Below are positions 38,224 through 52,939 of a stretch of DNA of 64,000 nt, piece after piece. Origin of the DNA: the human T2T-CHM13v2.0 reference genome, Homo sapiens. The position numbers were made by a program, and so were the translations under genes. Every line of letters begins with the position of its first letter. The first letter of the stretch is position 1. The stretch is from the NCBI RefSeq assembly GCF_009914755.1, contig NC_060946.1; one strand, given 5' to 3'. Below the pieces are notes generated by a model. That model saw only the letters and a program-made list of their open reading frames with translations. It had not been told where the DNA came from and did not search any database.

Positions 38224-39153
38224 GAGACAGCAGGGCAATGGCCAGAGGCCACATGAGACAGTCAGTAGTGTATGGAGGCGGCAGCAGGTGCCCAGAGGCA
38301 TCCCCGGCCCACCCCCAGAGCCTGGCCTGACATCCAGGCCTCGCAGGCTTCAGGCCAGGACCCTACCAGCAACCCCCCACCCCCGAGCACCCCAGGTGTG
38401 TATGGGTGGGTGGGGCCTCCCGTCAGCCCACCCAGGGGCCTGTCACACCCCTGCTGCACACAGCCTCTGCACTCTGGACTGCATGCTGGAGCCCGTGGGC
38501 ATCAGAGCCACGGGCTGGGCTTGGCAGGATGCACCTCCCAGCAACGGTGTGCTCACTTCTCCTGTCCTCCCCTGGCTCTGATGACACTGTGAGGCAGCAA
38601 ACCAGGGTCCTGAAGGGACCTCTAAAGATACAGTGTGTGCAGGGACCCTGCCCAGGGTGAGAGCAGCTGGAGCTCTTGCCGTGATCATCTCAGGCTGCCC
38701 AGGTGAAGGTGTTTCCCCAACAGCCCTGGCCACAGAGGAGGCCAGGCCTCTTCCCTGCCCACCAGTCTCATGGCCCTCCAGCCTTCCCTCCCGCCACCTG
38801 GGCCAGGGCCAAGAGTCTTGGAGGGAGGTTCTTATTGCTACCAGGTGACCCCTGCTCCTGGCTGGCATGGAGCAAAGTCACCCTTGCTATCAATTTAACA
38901 CAGATGAAAGATCATGCTTGTTCCCATTCCCACCACCTGGACATCCTCCTCTCCTGGACCCTACAGCCTGCGTGGGGGGTGCATTTGCAGGAATGGACCT
39001 TGCCTCCCTGGAGTACCTCTTGGCTTACAGCCCCATCCTCCCTGGGGTCTGCTATCCTACTGACCTGAGCGTGCACACTGCTGATCTCCTGACCCACTGT
39101 TTAGGAAAATCACTCCTTTCCAAGCCTCCTGTTTCCTTGCAAATGCTCTAGAG

Positions 39154-39672
39154 CAGGGGTCCCCAACCCCTGGGGTCACAGGAATGGGCCACACAGTAGG
39201 AGGTAAGGCGCAGGCAAGCAAATGAAGCTTCATCTGTAACAGCTGCTCACTGCTTGAATTACCCCCTGAACTCTGCCTCCCATCAGATCAGCAGCGGCAT
39301 TATATTCCCATAGGAGCACAAACCCTATTGTGAACTGTGCATGTGGGGGATCCAGGCTGTGTGCTCACGAGAATCGAATGCCTGCTGATCTGTCACTGTC
39401 TCCCATCGCCCCCAGATGGGACCATCTAGTTGCAGGAAAACAAGCCCAGGGCTCCCACTGATGCTACATTATGGTGAATTGTATAGTTATTTCATTATAT
39501 ATTACAATGTAATAACGATGTCATAATGAGAATATAATAATAACAGAAGTAAAGTGCACAATAAAAATGTAATGCACTTGAATCATCACAAAACCACCAC
39601 TCCACCCTCGGTCTGTGGAAAAATTGTGTTCCACAAAACCAGTCCCTGGTGCCAAAAGGCTGGGGACCGCTG
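39154..39672 (+). mobile_element. MER1A (hAT-Charlie MITE)
   Basis: TIRs caggggtcccca/tggggaccgctg, 8-bp TSD ctctagag/ctctaagg, about 520 bp. Confidence 0.9.
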
Positions 39673-40475
39673 CTCTAAGGCATAGCAGTCTTTAACCTTT
39701 TGGGGCACCATGGAGACTTGCATAGCCTGATGAGCTCTGTGGACCCCTTAGAACTGCTGATGTGTGTCGCTTACATTCAGAGATGGAGAAAATGCTAAAC
39801 CTTAGTGAAAATAAAGATGCTTTTTCTCCCATCCAAGCTCCTGAGTGCCCTGAATGCCACCCATGGGGACCTTGGGGAAGCCCTAGGACAGGGATGTAGG
39901 TACAGATTGACAGTCCAGAGCTGCCATCAGGGAGAAGCATTTGCAAAGCACAGGCTCTGCAAATGGGGTCTACTTCCTCCATCCCCCAAGCCTGTCTTCT
40001 GCTTCACTTTGCCAAGACTCTGCCTTGCCCCAGTGTTGGAGCAGGATGCCAGATGGCAAGATGGGCTTATGGGCTGGGTCTTCTGTTTGGTCGCGGCAGA
40101 GCCCATGGCAGCTGTAGGAACTTTGACGGGGAAGGGGCAGGGGCGGGAGCAAACCTGTAGCGTGAAAGTATGTGAACGCTCTGTCATGGAGGGCACCCCA
40201 GGCCGTGTCCAGGCCAGCTTCACCCTGTCTCTGGGAGAAGGAAGCCTGGTCAGAGCTGAGGAGGCTCCAGGGCACCAGGCCTTGTCCCTCTTGCGCCTGG
40301 GCGTGATGCTCCCCAATGGCGTGCGCCAGTCCTGGGACCATTGCTGCCGGCCGTGTGTCTTCTTCCAGGGTGCAGAATCCCTTGTCAAGCTGGGTGGTTT
40401 GATGCCAGCCCCTGGGCCTCGAAGCTCCCTTCCTGATGGAGTGCTGCCATTTGGAAGGGGTAACTTTCGTGGTCA

Positions 40476-41270
40476 TTTTTTTAAATCATGGTAAAATATA
40501 CATAACTACATAACATAAAATTTACCATTCTTCCTTTTCTTTTCTTTTCTTTTCAGACGGAGTCTCGCTCTTTCGCCCAGGCGGGACTGCAGTGGCGTTC
40601 TCTCGGCTCACTGCAAGCTCCGCCTCCCGTGTTCACGCCATTCTCCTGCGTCAGCCTCCCGAGCAGGGGACTATAGGCGCCCGCCACCGCGCCTGGCTAA
40701 TTTTTTGTATTTTTAGTAGAGACGGGGTTTCATTGTGTTAGCCAAAATGGTCTCGATCTCCTGACCTATTGATCCGCCCGCCTCGGCCTCCCAAAGTGCT
40801 GGGATTACAGGCGTGAGCCACCGCACCCGGCCAAAATTTACCATTCTTTCTAACCATTTTAAAGTGTACAGTTCTGTGGTATTAAGTACATTAACACTGT
40901 TGTACAACCAGCACCACTGCCCATTTCCAGAAGGTCTTCATCTTCCTAAACTGTAATTCTGTGCCCATTAAACTCCCCATGTCTTCTTCTCCCAGCCCCT
41001 GGCAACCACGATTCTACTTTCTGTCTCTGGGAATTTGACGACTCTTATAATTGGAGTCATGCAACTTTTGTGTCTGGTTGGTTTTACTCAGCAGAATGTC
41101 GTTTCATCCATATTGTGGCCTGTGTCAGAAGTTCCTTCCTGTCAAAGGCGGAATGATACTCCATGGCAGGTTTACACCACATTTTGTTTTTCCACTCATC
41201 CGTGGAGAGACACTGGGTGGGTCCCTCCTTTTGGCTGTTGAGAATGATGCTGCTGTGAATGAAGTGGTTA
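40476..41270 (-). mobile_element. L1MB 3' end with a nested young AluY (40535-40833)
   Basis: L1MB 3' motifs; the Alu is flanked by TSD aaaatttaccattctt and retains many CpGs. Confidence 0.9.
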
Positions 41271-41309
41271 GAAGGGGGCTTTCAGACGTGTGAAAGGTGT
41301 CTTTGGGAA

Positions 41310-42112
<803 letters not shown>

Positions 42113-42936
42113 TTTAATCCCTGGTGATCTCTTTTCTTATGGGAGCAGTGTGCGCCCTGATGGTGTAAGGTGGAAACCCGCCCCTTGTTGGAACCAGGAT
42201 TGAATATCACCGCACAGGAGCTGAAGGTTCCCACCCGGCAACGTCCCCCCTTGGCTGTGAAGCAGAGAGCCCAGGGCTGCTCGTTTCCAGTAGTCCTCCT
42301 GGCAGAGCACCGCTGAGGAGGGTGGTGAGGGGAGGAGAAGATGCATTCTGCAGGGAGAAGCATCATAGTGGGGGCCGGGGACTCTCCTGCGTCTCCTAAT
42401 TGCCCGACTGTCATGTGACCGATCAGTGCACTCCGAGCATTACACAGAGCAGTCATCCAAAGAGAGGCAGCGCCTCACAGCCCTTGGCTGGAGAGGAGAA
42501 TGGAGGCTGGAGGCTCCAGAAATTTGGGATGGGAGGAGAAAAGGAAACAGAGGTGCCCCTTCCCCTGTCTTATTGCAGGGAATCAGTAAAACGACTACTG
42601 GAGTTCACTGGCTTCTCTGAATCTTTGTAGAATTTCTCCTGCACCTCTGATCCCATCCAGCTGCAGACACAGTGCCTGTTCAGCAGGGTGTGTGTGCAGA
42701 CCACGGACTCACAGACGGGGACCCTGGGGACCCCAGGTTCTCTCCCCTCACTGAGGACAAGAGAGGGGCCCCCACCCCATGTTAATGATGCGGGGCCTGC
42801 AGGGACCTTAAGTTGCATTAGCATGGCATGGAACAAGAGAGAAAATTCAGAACCTCCAGCTTGTGATATGCAACAACCAAAAATGTGGCTGAGTGTGGCC
42901 GCCTTGCAAAGGCCTGGGCCCTCTTTAATGGGTGCT

Positions 42937-42954
42937 TGCTGCCCTCTAGTGGAG
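42937..42954 (-). promoter_or_regulatory. Candidate CTCF site
   Basis: Minus strand CTCCACTAGAGGGCAGCA matches the CTCF core CCAC[CT]AG[AG][GT]GGC[AG]. Confidence 0.55.
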
Positions 42955-43977
42955 AGATGACGACGGGGGGTGGGCGAGCTTGCTCAAGGACACTCACTGG
43001 GGAAGGGCGGTTTGCAGACAGGTGTCGTGTTTTGGTATATATGTGTGTATGTGTGTTATGTGTTAGGTGCTGCGAGCATATGAAATGAATTACAACGTTG
43101 TTATGGGCTGTACTGTGTTCCCCCAAATTCACTTGTTGAAGTCCTAAGCCCTGCTCCCTTAGAATGTGGCTGTATTTGGAGACAGGGTCTGTAAAGACCT
43201 GAATGAATTAAAATGAGGTCATTAGTGTGGGCCCTGATCCCGTATGACGGGTCTTCTTCTTCTTCTTCTTTTTTTCTATAACATCTAAAGTGAGATTTAT
43301 TTGTGTTAAGCTTTCAGAACATTTCAGAACATTTGCTGCGACTCAGGTAAAAATAGGTAAGTATTCACAGAATATGTTAAGTCTAGAGTTCAGAAAGTTA
43401 TTTCAACTAAAATAGGTCAATCCTCACATCTGAAATCACTTAGACATTACTGATGTATTTGGAAGTGTTTCTGTATAGATATTTTAGGCTGACGGTGCTC
43501 AGTGCTTTAGGGGGTCAGGTAAACCCAGTTCTCGTTTGTTCAGCGGTGCCTCATTTCCACTACATAAAGCTTGTTCTCCAGTTCCACCACCAATGCCTAC
43601 TTTACGTGATGTTGCACTGTGTTGGTGCCATGTAAGGTGATTATATTATGAAAGGCCTCTAGACCACCTTGTTCAAATGTAACAGCTGGTTTCAGTAATT
43701 CCAGGAGCAAGGGAACTGTCTCCAACAATTCTCAGGTTGATAAATTTGATTTTCCAAGTATTCTCCACAAAAGGGCAGCAGGTGAGCCCAAAACTTTGTT
43801 CAAAAATGCCCAAGCAAGTGTTCCCTCGATGTCCCAGCAGTTCCCAGCAGTTCCAACCATCACCAGCCCATGAAGAGAAGAAGTACATTTCTACATTGGG
43901 CTGAGAAAAAGAAATTCTTCTTTTACTAGTGACGGCAAACGGAGACTCATGATTTCTGTCCCATGGTAGTCCATCCC

Positions 43978-44654
<677 letters not shown>

Positions 44655-45138
44655 GACATCATGCTGTGGTTCCCATTCATCTTGAGGTGGTCCCAGGAAA
44701 GAATTGTGAGAATTAAGAAGTCCAAAGACCCGGTGACAGAATTCTCCCAGGCAATGAAAATCAACCTTTTCAGCTTTTTAATCTTTTGCCTGCTGTCGAA
44801 AGAGCTGGATGTCCTCTGTCTTTGTAACTGGCTCTGGTGTTTCCTTCAATTTTGGCTGTGATTGCTTTTATACGCTAAATAAGACTGTGTTTTTTAGTAA
44901 CTGGAGGTATAACAACCACCCCCTGGTGTTGCCAAGTACTTAAATGTGACCAGAAAGGTGGACGTTTTTACGCCTCAGAAGTTCTGCCCTTGGACTGTCC
45001 ACTAACATTACATGAAAGGTGCTCCAAATCCTCAAATCAGCAAGTGCTGCCCATGACATGGATAATCCCGGAAGCTGCGCCATTGTCACTGCCACCACCT
45101 CCTGGCGGGCCCAGCTGCCTAAGCCTGTGTAGTGGTTC

Positions 45139-46113
45139 CGAAACGGGAAAGGTTCCTTTGTCCGCCTTGCAGGGTGTGGGATGGGGGTGTGGCTCGTTTC
45201 TTCTGTGTCCTGCTTCTCCCACCGCTAGAGGGGGCATACAGATGGGCAGGTTGTGGGGCTCAGGCCCCACAGCAGGGTCTAGAGATGAATGTTTACAGCT
45301 GAAGCCCCAGTTGGCGTATGCTACTGTTTGTTCTTTTAGTTTTGCTGTCTATAGGCAGCTTGTGTTAACCAGCTCAATTAGACCCTCTACTTGTCGCGTG
45401 GACAGAGGGCTTTCTGTATCCCGGGTTCTTGCCTTGGTGTACCGGAAGAGTCGGATCACACATGAGCTTGGATAATGGGTGCAAGGTTTTATTGAGTGGA
45501 AGTAGCTCTCAGCAGATGGGGGAACCAGAAGACAGATGGTTTTCCCCTGGAGTGGGGCAGCTGGGTGGCCCAGACACTCTTCCGACTCCCGGCCAAACTC
45601 CACGTCATTCCGCGATCAGTGGCATGCCTGTGCCTGTGGGCGCATTCCTCTCGCCAGCCGGCCACTTGTGGATTCCTCCGCCAGTGTGCTCCTCTCCACG
45701 TCCAGCCGCTCCTGTCTCTGCCTTGCTAGGGTCTGGGTTTTTATAGGCGCCCGATGGGGCGTGGCAGCAAGAGCGGTCTTGGAAAATGTAAGGCAGGAAA
45801 TGCCTGTCCTCACTTAGGTCCGTGGGGGTGGAGCCTTAGTAAGAAACGGTCTTTGCTTTGGGAGGCCAAAGTGGGAGGATCACTTGAGCCCAGGAGTTTG
45901 AGACTAGCCTGGACAACACAATAAGATCCTGTTTCTACCAAAAAAATTAACCAGGTGTGGTGTTGTGTACCTGTAGTCACAGCTACTGAGAAGGCTGAGG
46001 TAGCAGGGTCAGAAAACGCCCTCCTATACCCGCACTTCCCTTGGCACTTCCCTTACCCCCTTCCGTATCATTTAAAGGGACCATGCTTCTCCCTTCTCAG
46101 CATTTCCGTATCA
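45139..46113 (-). mobile_element. Solo ERV1 LTR (LTR27/LTR28-like) inside the retrocopy
   Basis: Minus strand TGATACGGAAATGCTG...CCCGTTTCG, TATAAAAA and AATAAA on minus, 4-bp TSD gttc/gttt. Confidence 0.8.
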
Positions 46114-46545
46114 GTTTCAGAGCAGTGGATCTGCCATGGTGGCAGGGATTCCCCAGGATTCTGCCTAAGCGGGGTCTGAGACTAACTGGGTTCTAGGCCC
46201 CGAACCCCCTCCACTCCCAGGCTCCAGTGACCTGGGGTCAGCATGAGGCTTGGGAAGGAGTGGCTGTGTTCCATGGCACAGGTCTGCCCTTACATTGGTG
46301 GTCTTTGGGCTGCACCAGGCAATTGGTGACGGTGTTGCACAGGGCCATGAATCTCCTCATTGTCCAGTAGCCCAAGTAGGTTACGACAGCCCTCCGTCTC
46401 TGGAGAGCTGAGTCCTGACATCTCGACCCCCGGGACAGAGGGAGAGGACGATGGCAATAATGTTGCCCCTGTGGCCCACCAGGCCCGCACCTTGGCAACA
46501 CACACCAGAAGTCATGGCAAGTGTTCTTATAAGAAGAAGAGATTA

Positions 46546-46927
46546 GGCCTATAATCCCAGTGCTTTGGGAGGCCAAAGTGGGAGGATCGCTTGAGCCCAG
46601 GAGTTTGAGACTAGCCTGAACAGCAGAGTGAGATCCCATTTCTACCAAAAAAAAGTTAGCCAGGTGTGGTCTTGTATATCTGTAGTCACAGCTACTCAGA
46701 AGGCTGAGGTAGCAGGGTCACTTGAGCCCAGGAATTCAAGACCAGCCTGGGCAATATAGCAAGACCCTGTCTCTACAAAAAATTCAAAAATTAGCCTGGG
46801 ACTATGCCTGTAGTCCCAGCTACTTGGGAGGCAGAGGTGGGAGGATCATTTGAGCCCTGCAGTGAGCTACGATCATGCGACTGTGCTGCAGCCTGGATGA
46901 CAGAGCAAAACCCTGTCTCAAAGAAGG
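46546..46927 (+). mobile_element. Three-arm AluJ-type element
   Basis: Left arm, linker, chimeric arm, second linker, right arm; a single 16-bp TSD agaagaagagattagg. Confidence 0.85.
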
Positions 46928-47759
46928 AGAAGAAGAGATTAGGACCCAGACAGGCACAGAGGAAAAGGAAAGACCCCGTGAGAACGCAGGGAGAGAACGG
47001 CCATTGACAAGCCAGGGAGAGAGGCCTGAGAAGGACCAACCCTTCCAGCCTCCAGGACTGCAAGGAGTAGGTGTCTGTTGTTTAAGGCGCCCAGCCTGTG
47101 GTACTTCATCATGGCAGCCCCAGCAGACGAACACACACGGATTCTGTCCTTCAGGAGCCAGTATTTGTAGATAAATCATGACTGAATGGCAGTGGTGAGC
47201 AAAACTTAATGGCCCTTGCCAGCTTCCAAACGCCCAGCGCTTTCTGCGTGCACCCTCAGGCAGTGGCATCGGGCACACAACCATTCCTAGCTCAGGAAAC
47301 CAAGGGGAAGAGGTTCCGCTGCAGGCCCGGGAGCCCAGCCGATCCCAAAGACTAAAGACCTAAGCCCCGGGCTTCCCAGAGGAGGGGCACAGCCTTTTGA
47401 AAGCAAGAGGAACTTCTGACAAGGTGAGCAGGGTGAGGAAGTTATTGATTTTGATTTTGATTTCCCCTGAATTCTCTATAAAAATAGAGGGGGCAACCAG
47501 AACCCAGGTAGTGAAACCAAAGCCCATGTTGGAATTTACAACCTAGTGAGGGGAGGCCGCGGCCTCGGGGCGAATCCATGAGGGGTTGGCATGTGTGGTG
47601 GGGGGAGTGCTGGGGGAGACTGGGGGACATGGCAGCGGGATGGGGAGGGGAAGATAACACCAAGCAGAGGAGAACGAGGACGCAAGGAGAGGGAGACGGC
47701 GGACTGCAGAACGAGCAGAGGAGCGCAACAGATGCTGGCAGGCCGCAGAGAAGGGGCAC

Positions 47760-48200
47760 CCTCCTTTAAGTTTAAGGACGCAAATTTCAAGGTCAAATCC
47801 TATGCAAAGGATTATAAGTGTATTACAAGAAAAAAGAAAATAGGACAAATAATGTAAAATGGATGAAAACTATGCCCTAATCATCATGTCCAAACAAACT
47901 TTAAACAAGAAACTGATACAAGATACGTGACAACATACATACATTTCTCTGAACTTAAAACTTTTAAAAAATTGAAAATGAATGGCAAGAAATTAGGAAA
48001 GGGTTGTAATGAATATTTAAATATCATTTCAGAGATGAATATTAAACAAGAAAGACAGGAGCAAATAGACAAGGGCCTAAGAGAAATAGAAGTTGAAAAG
48101 AAAGAAAATCTTTGAGCATAAAGAAAAGAGAAACACGTAAAATCTCACTACAGACCAGCGCTAACAGAAGAACATTTCAACTTGATGACAGGGAACACTA
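47760..48200 (+). mobile_element. Probable ancient L1/HAL1 ORF1 remnant
   Basis: Strong A-rich sense-strand bias and K/E-rich peptide remnants; family not identified. Confidence 0.4.
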
Positions 48201-48254
48201 GTTTTGAATCTTGATTAAGCAAAAAGTTTCTCCTGTGCACACAAGAGGAATTCC

Positions 48255-49232
<978 letters not shown>

Positions 49233-49234
49233 AA

Positions 49235-49458
49235 CTTAATTAAAAACAATTCCATTCTTCTCATTAGTAGACCTATCTTATGAAAAACTGTACTCTTATT
49301 ATATTTGAATTTCATCAATAAAAATTGTGTGGAAATGTGTTTGTCTCTTGTGATGTAAGTACCTACATGGTATCTCCAGTTTTGGCTCTTCTCCTGCAAG
49401 GTCTGAAACATATTCTCTCTGGCCCCGTACAGAAAACAGTTCCGGACCCTTCCTCTAG
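49235..49458 (+). mobile_element. MER58-type hAT-Charlie fragment
   Basis: ctgcaaggtctgaaacatattctctctggccccgtacagaaaacagtt..gaccct end motif. Confidence 0.55.
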
Positions 49459-50871
49459 AACAGGGTTCGGCATGCGGCAGATGCCCAGGAAAGAGTGAAG
49501 GACCAAGCTTCCTCCCTTCTTCACCGGATCCCTCTGGCAGCTTCGGGTCCAGTGAAAGAGAACCCAGGCCAGTCCCTTCTCCGTGAGCCTCGCCCCACAA
49601 ACACCGGCCTCCCTTGCCTCATCTCTCGCATCTTAAATCTCTTTCACCTACGAACCGACTCAAGCATCAGCCTTAGAAGGATGCCCTGGGCCCCGTTCCT
49701 CTGTCCATGCACATCCAGGCTCTACCCCGGGAGTTCAAGGCCACCTTCAGTTCCTATATCCTGTCCCTGCTCTCTGTGACCTCTGACCCCACAGCCCCAG
49801 GTCTCTAAGCGTCCTCCCACCTGAGCCGCTGCTCAGGCCAGCCCCGAGCAGCCCTCTGTGGGTCCTGATTCCCAAAGAGCATGATCCCAGGTCTTTCTGG
49901 GTCCCTCCCACCTTGCCCTACTTCATGCTTCCGTGCCTAGCCACACCCCTGCACAACCTGTGATCTGGCCTCAGGAAATCTGTTTCTCATGTCTGCTGTA
50001 TAGGCTTGGCTGCCCATGGCAGCAGGAAGAACCTCGCCTCCCTTGCTCACACAGCAAAGGCGTTTAGGCCTCATATTGGGGAAGCCCAGGGTGGGAGGCC
50101 CCTGACTCTTTGGACCCATGACGACATCAAGAGTATCTTCGTATCTGTGCTCTGCCATCCTCAGCTGGCTTTCCTCAGCTGCCATTTCAGTCTTCACACC
50201 AGATGTGATGGTGTCCCAGGAAGAAGAGGCCATCTCTTCCCATGGCTCTCTTCGTCAATAGAGAGTACATTCTAGAAGCCCCGTGGTAGGCTTCCCTATG
50301 GCTTGCACAGGACTGAATCACAGAACTGTGTCCTCAGCAGTCACTGGCAGGGGACAGGGGTCACCCGAACTGGGTGGAGGCCCGAACCTGACACCCCTGA
50401 GCTGTGCTAAGCAGAGGGCTCCTGAACAGAATTGAGATTGAGGCCACAGGGCCAGGCTGACTCCCTCCTGCCCCACGTGCTCTCCGGTGAGACCCTGCTT
50501 GGTCTGCAAAGCCGAGCTCGATGCCCTCCCTACCTCTTCTCTCCTAGGCCTCATCCACGGCCTTGTCTTGGGCCAGACAGCCATGTGCCATGTCTGTCCT
50601 CCCATGCAGCATCTGCACCGTGGGGGTGGGGGGGGAGATTCTCTGCCACGTTCAGCACCTCAAAGGCAGGGGGTGCATTTCACTCAGCTCTGCATCCTGT
50701 GCACCCTCAGCCATGCCGGCAGAGCATGTGTGGGGAAGGGCCCGAGGGACCCCAGGGAAGGAAGAGCACTGTGTCTGCATCCAGAAGAAAGTTCTGAAAA
50801 AAATGGGAACCTCTGTGACTACAATGAACTTGTAACAAAAGCAATGACTTTGCTCTTCCAGGAGGCACAAA

Positions 50872-51097
50872 AGGAGCCCCAGGCAGTGCGCAGGACCCCC
50901 AGGCAGTGGTCAGGAGCCCTGGGCAGTGAGGAGGAGCCCCAGGCAGTGGTCAGGAGCCCAGGGCAGTGAGGAGGAGCCCCAGGCAGTGGTCAGGGGGCCT
51001 GGGAAGCAGCCAAGAGCCCTGGGCAGTGGACAGGAAGCCCAGGCAGTGGCCAGGGGCCCCAGGCAGTGAGTAGGAGCCATGGGCAGTGGCCAGGAGC
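50872..51097. repeat. GC-rich minisatellite, 20-bp unit AGGAGCCCCAGGCAGTGGTC, about 11 copies
   Basis: Direct reading; alternating variants give a local 40-bp period. Confidence 0.93.
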
Positions 51098-51904
51098 TGC
51101 AGCGTGCCAGTGTTCGCTCTGGCACTCAGTCAGGGACATCTGGACCAGCATCCTGCATGGGCTGGGTCTCAGGCTCCTTGCTCCATGAATTAGCAGAATC
51201 TCAGGCACCTGCTCTTGAATATGGGAAGGTGACATAGCACTTCTAGTAGGTCTTTTCCTAACCTCTTCCCTTTGCAGTTATTCTTTTTCAACCTAAGCAT
51301 GCCAGGTGATGACCTTGTGATTCTCCTAACATACAAATGGCAGGCATGGAATAGTTCCTACCCAGGGTGCTGTGCTGGCCAAGGCTTTTCCAGCTTGGAG
51401 CAGACCTCATGCTCAGCCAGGAGACTGCCCACGGCCTTGGTGAGTTCCAGAGTCTCCTCTCCCTGCAGGGGTGTCTTCAGGAGCCCACAACCCAGCAAGT
51501 CCCTCTTCAGTGAAATGTGCGGGAGGAGGCACTGCAAGGCCCCAGGCCTCCAGGAAGCCGGAAGGTGCTGATGGGGTGCAAGGCAGGGCAGGGCTGGGGG
51601 AGGGGGGGCGCAAGGTTCACAGAGGCAGTGAGTGGAGTTCTGTTAACAGGGAAATGAATTAAAATATGTGGTGCGTGGACTTTGGGTCTCGAGGCCCAGA
51701 AAGCTGAGGCAAGGTGGCCTGAGTCAAATGGACAGGGATTGTCTGCCCAGGAGCTGGTTCAGCCGACATCAGAGATCATCTGTCTGCACAATGGCCTGCT
51801 AGTAAAGATTTTCAAGTTGTTCACACGTGTTACCCTTGAGGGTTTAGAAACATTCCCTGGGCACTCCCAGGGTGCTCAGACAGATGCTGTGGACTGGTGG
51901 CCAG

Positions 51905-52740
<836 letters not shown>

Positions 52741-52939
52741 GCCTTGTGACTCAGGTCCTCAGTGCCAACACGGGCTGCCCCGTCGGCCACAGCGCGGCCA
52801 AAGAGCCCAGAGAGCGTTAGTATCTGTAGCCAGGCCCCTGTTGCCACCCCAGCTCTCCCGTAACCTCACATGCATGGCGCTGCTCTACTTCACCTCAGAA
52901 AAAGGACACACATTTACGTTCCATTTTTTACTTCAAATA

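Noticed and set aside
39805-40494. 229-aa ORF with antisense ORFs
   Set aside because: GTG start and a chance open frame in GC-rich DNA; no recognisable motifs.
50872-51097. CRISPR-like array interpretation of the periodic repeats (also 25145-25842)
   Set aside because: Units are contiguous without unique spacers, the context is mammalian and there are no cas genes.
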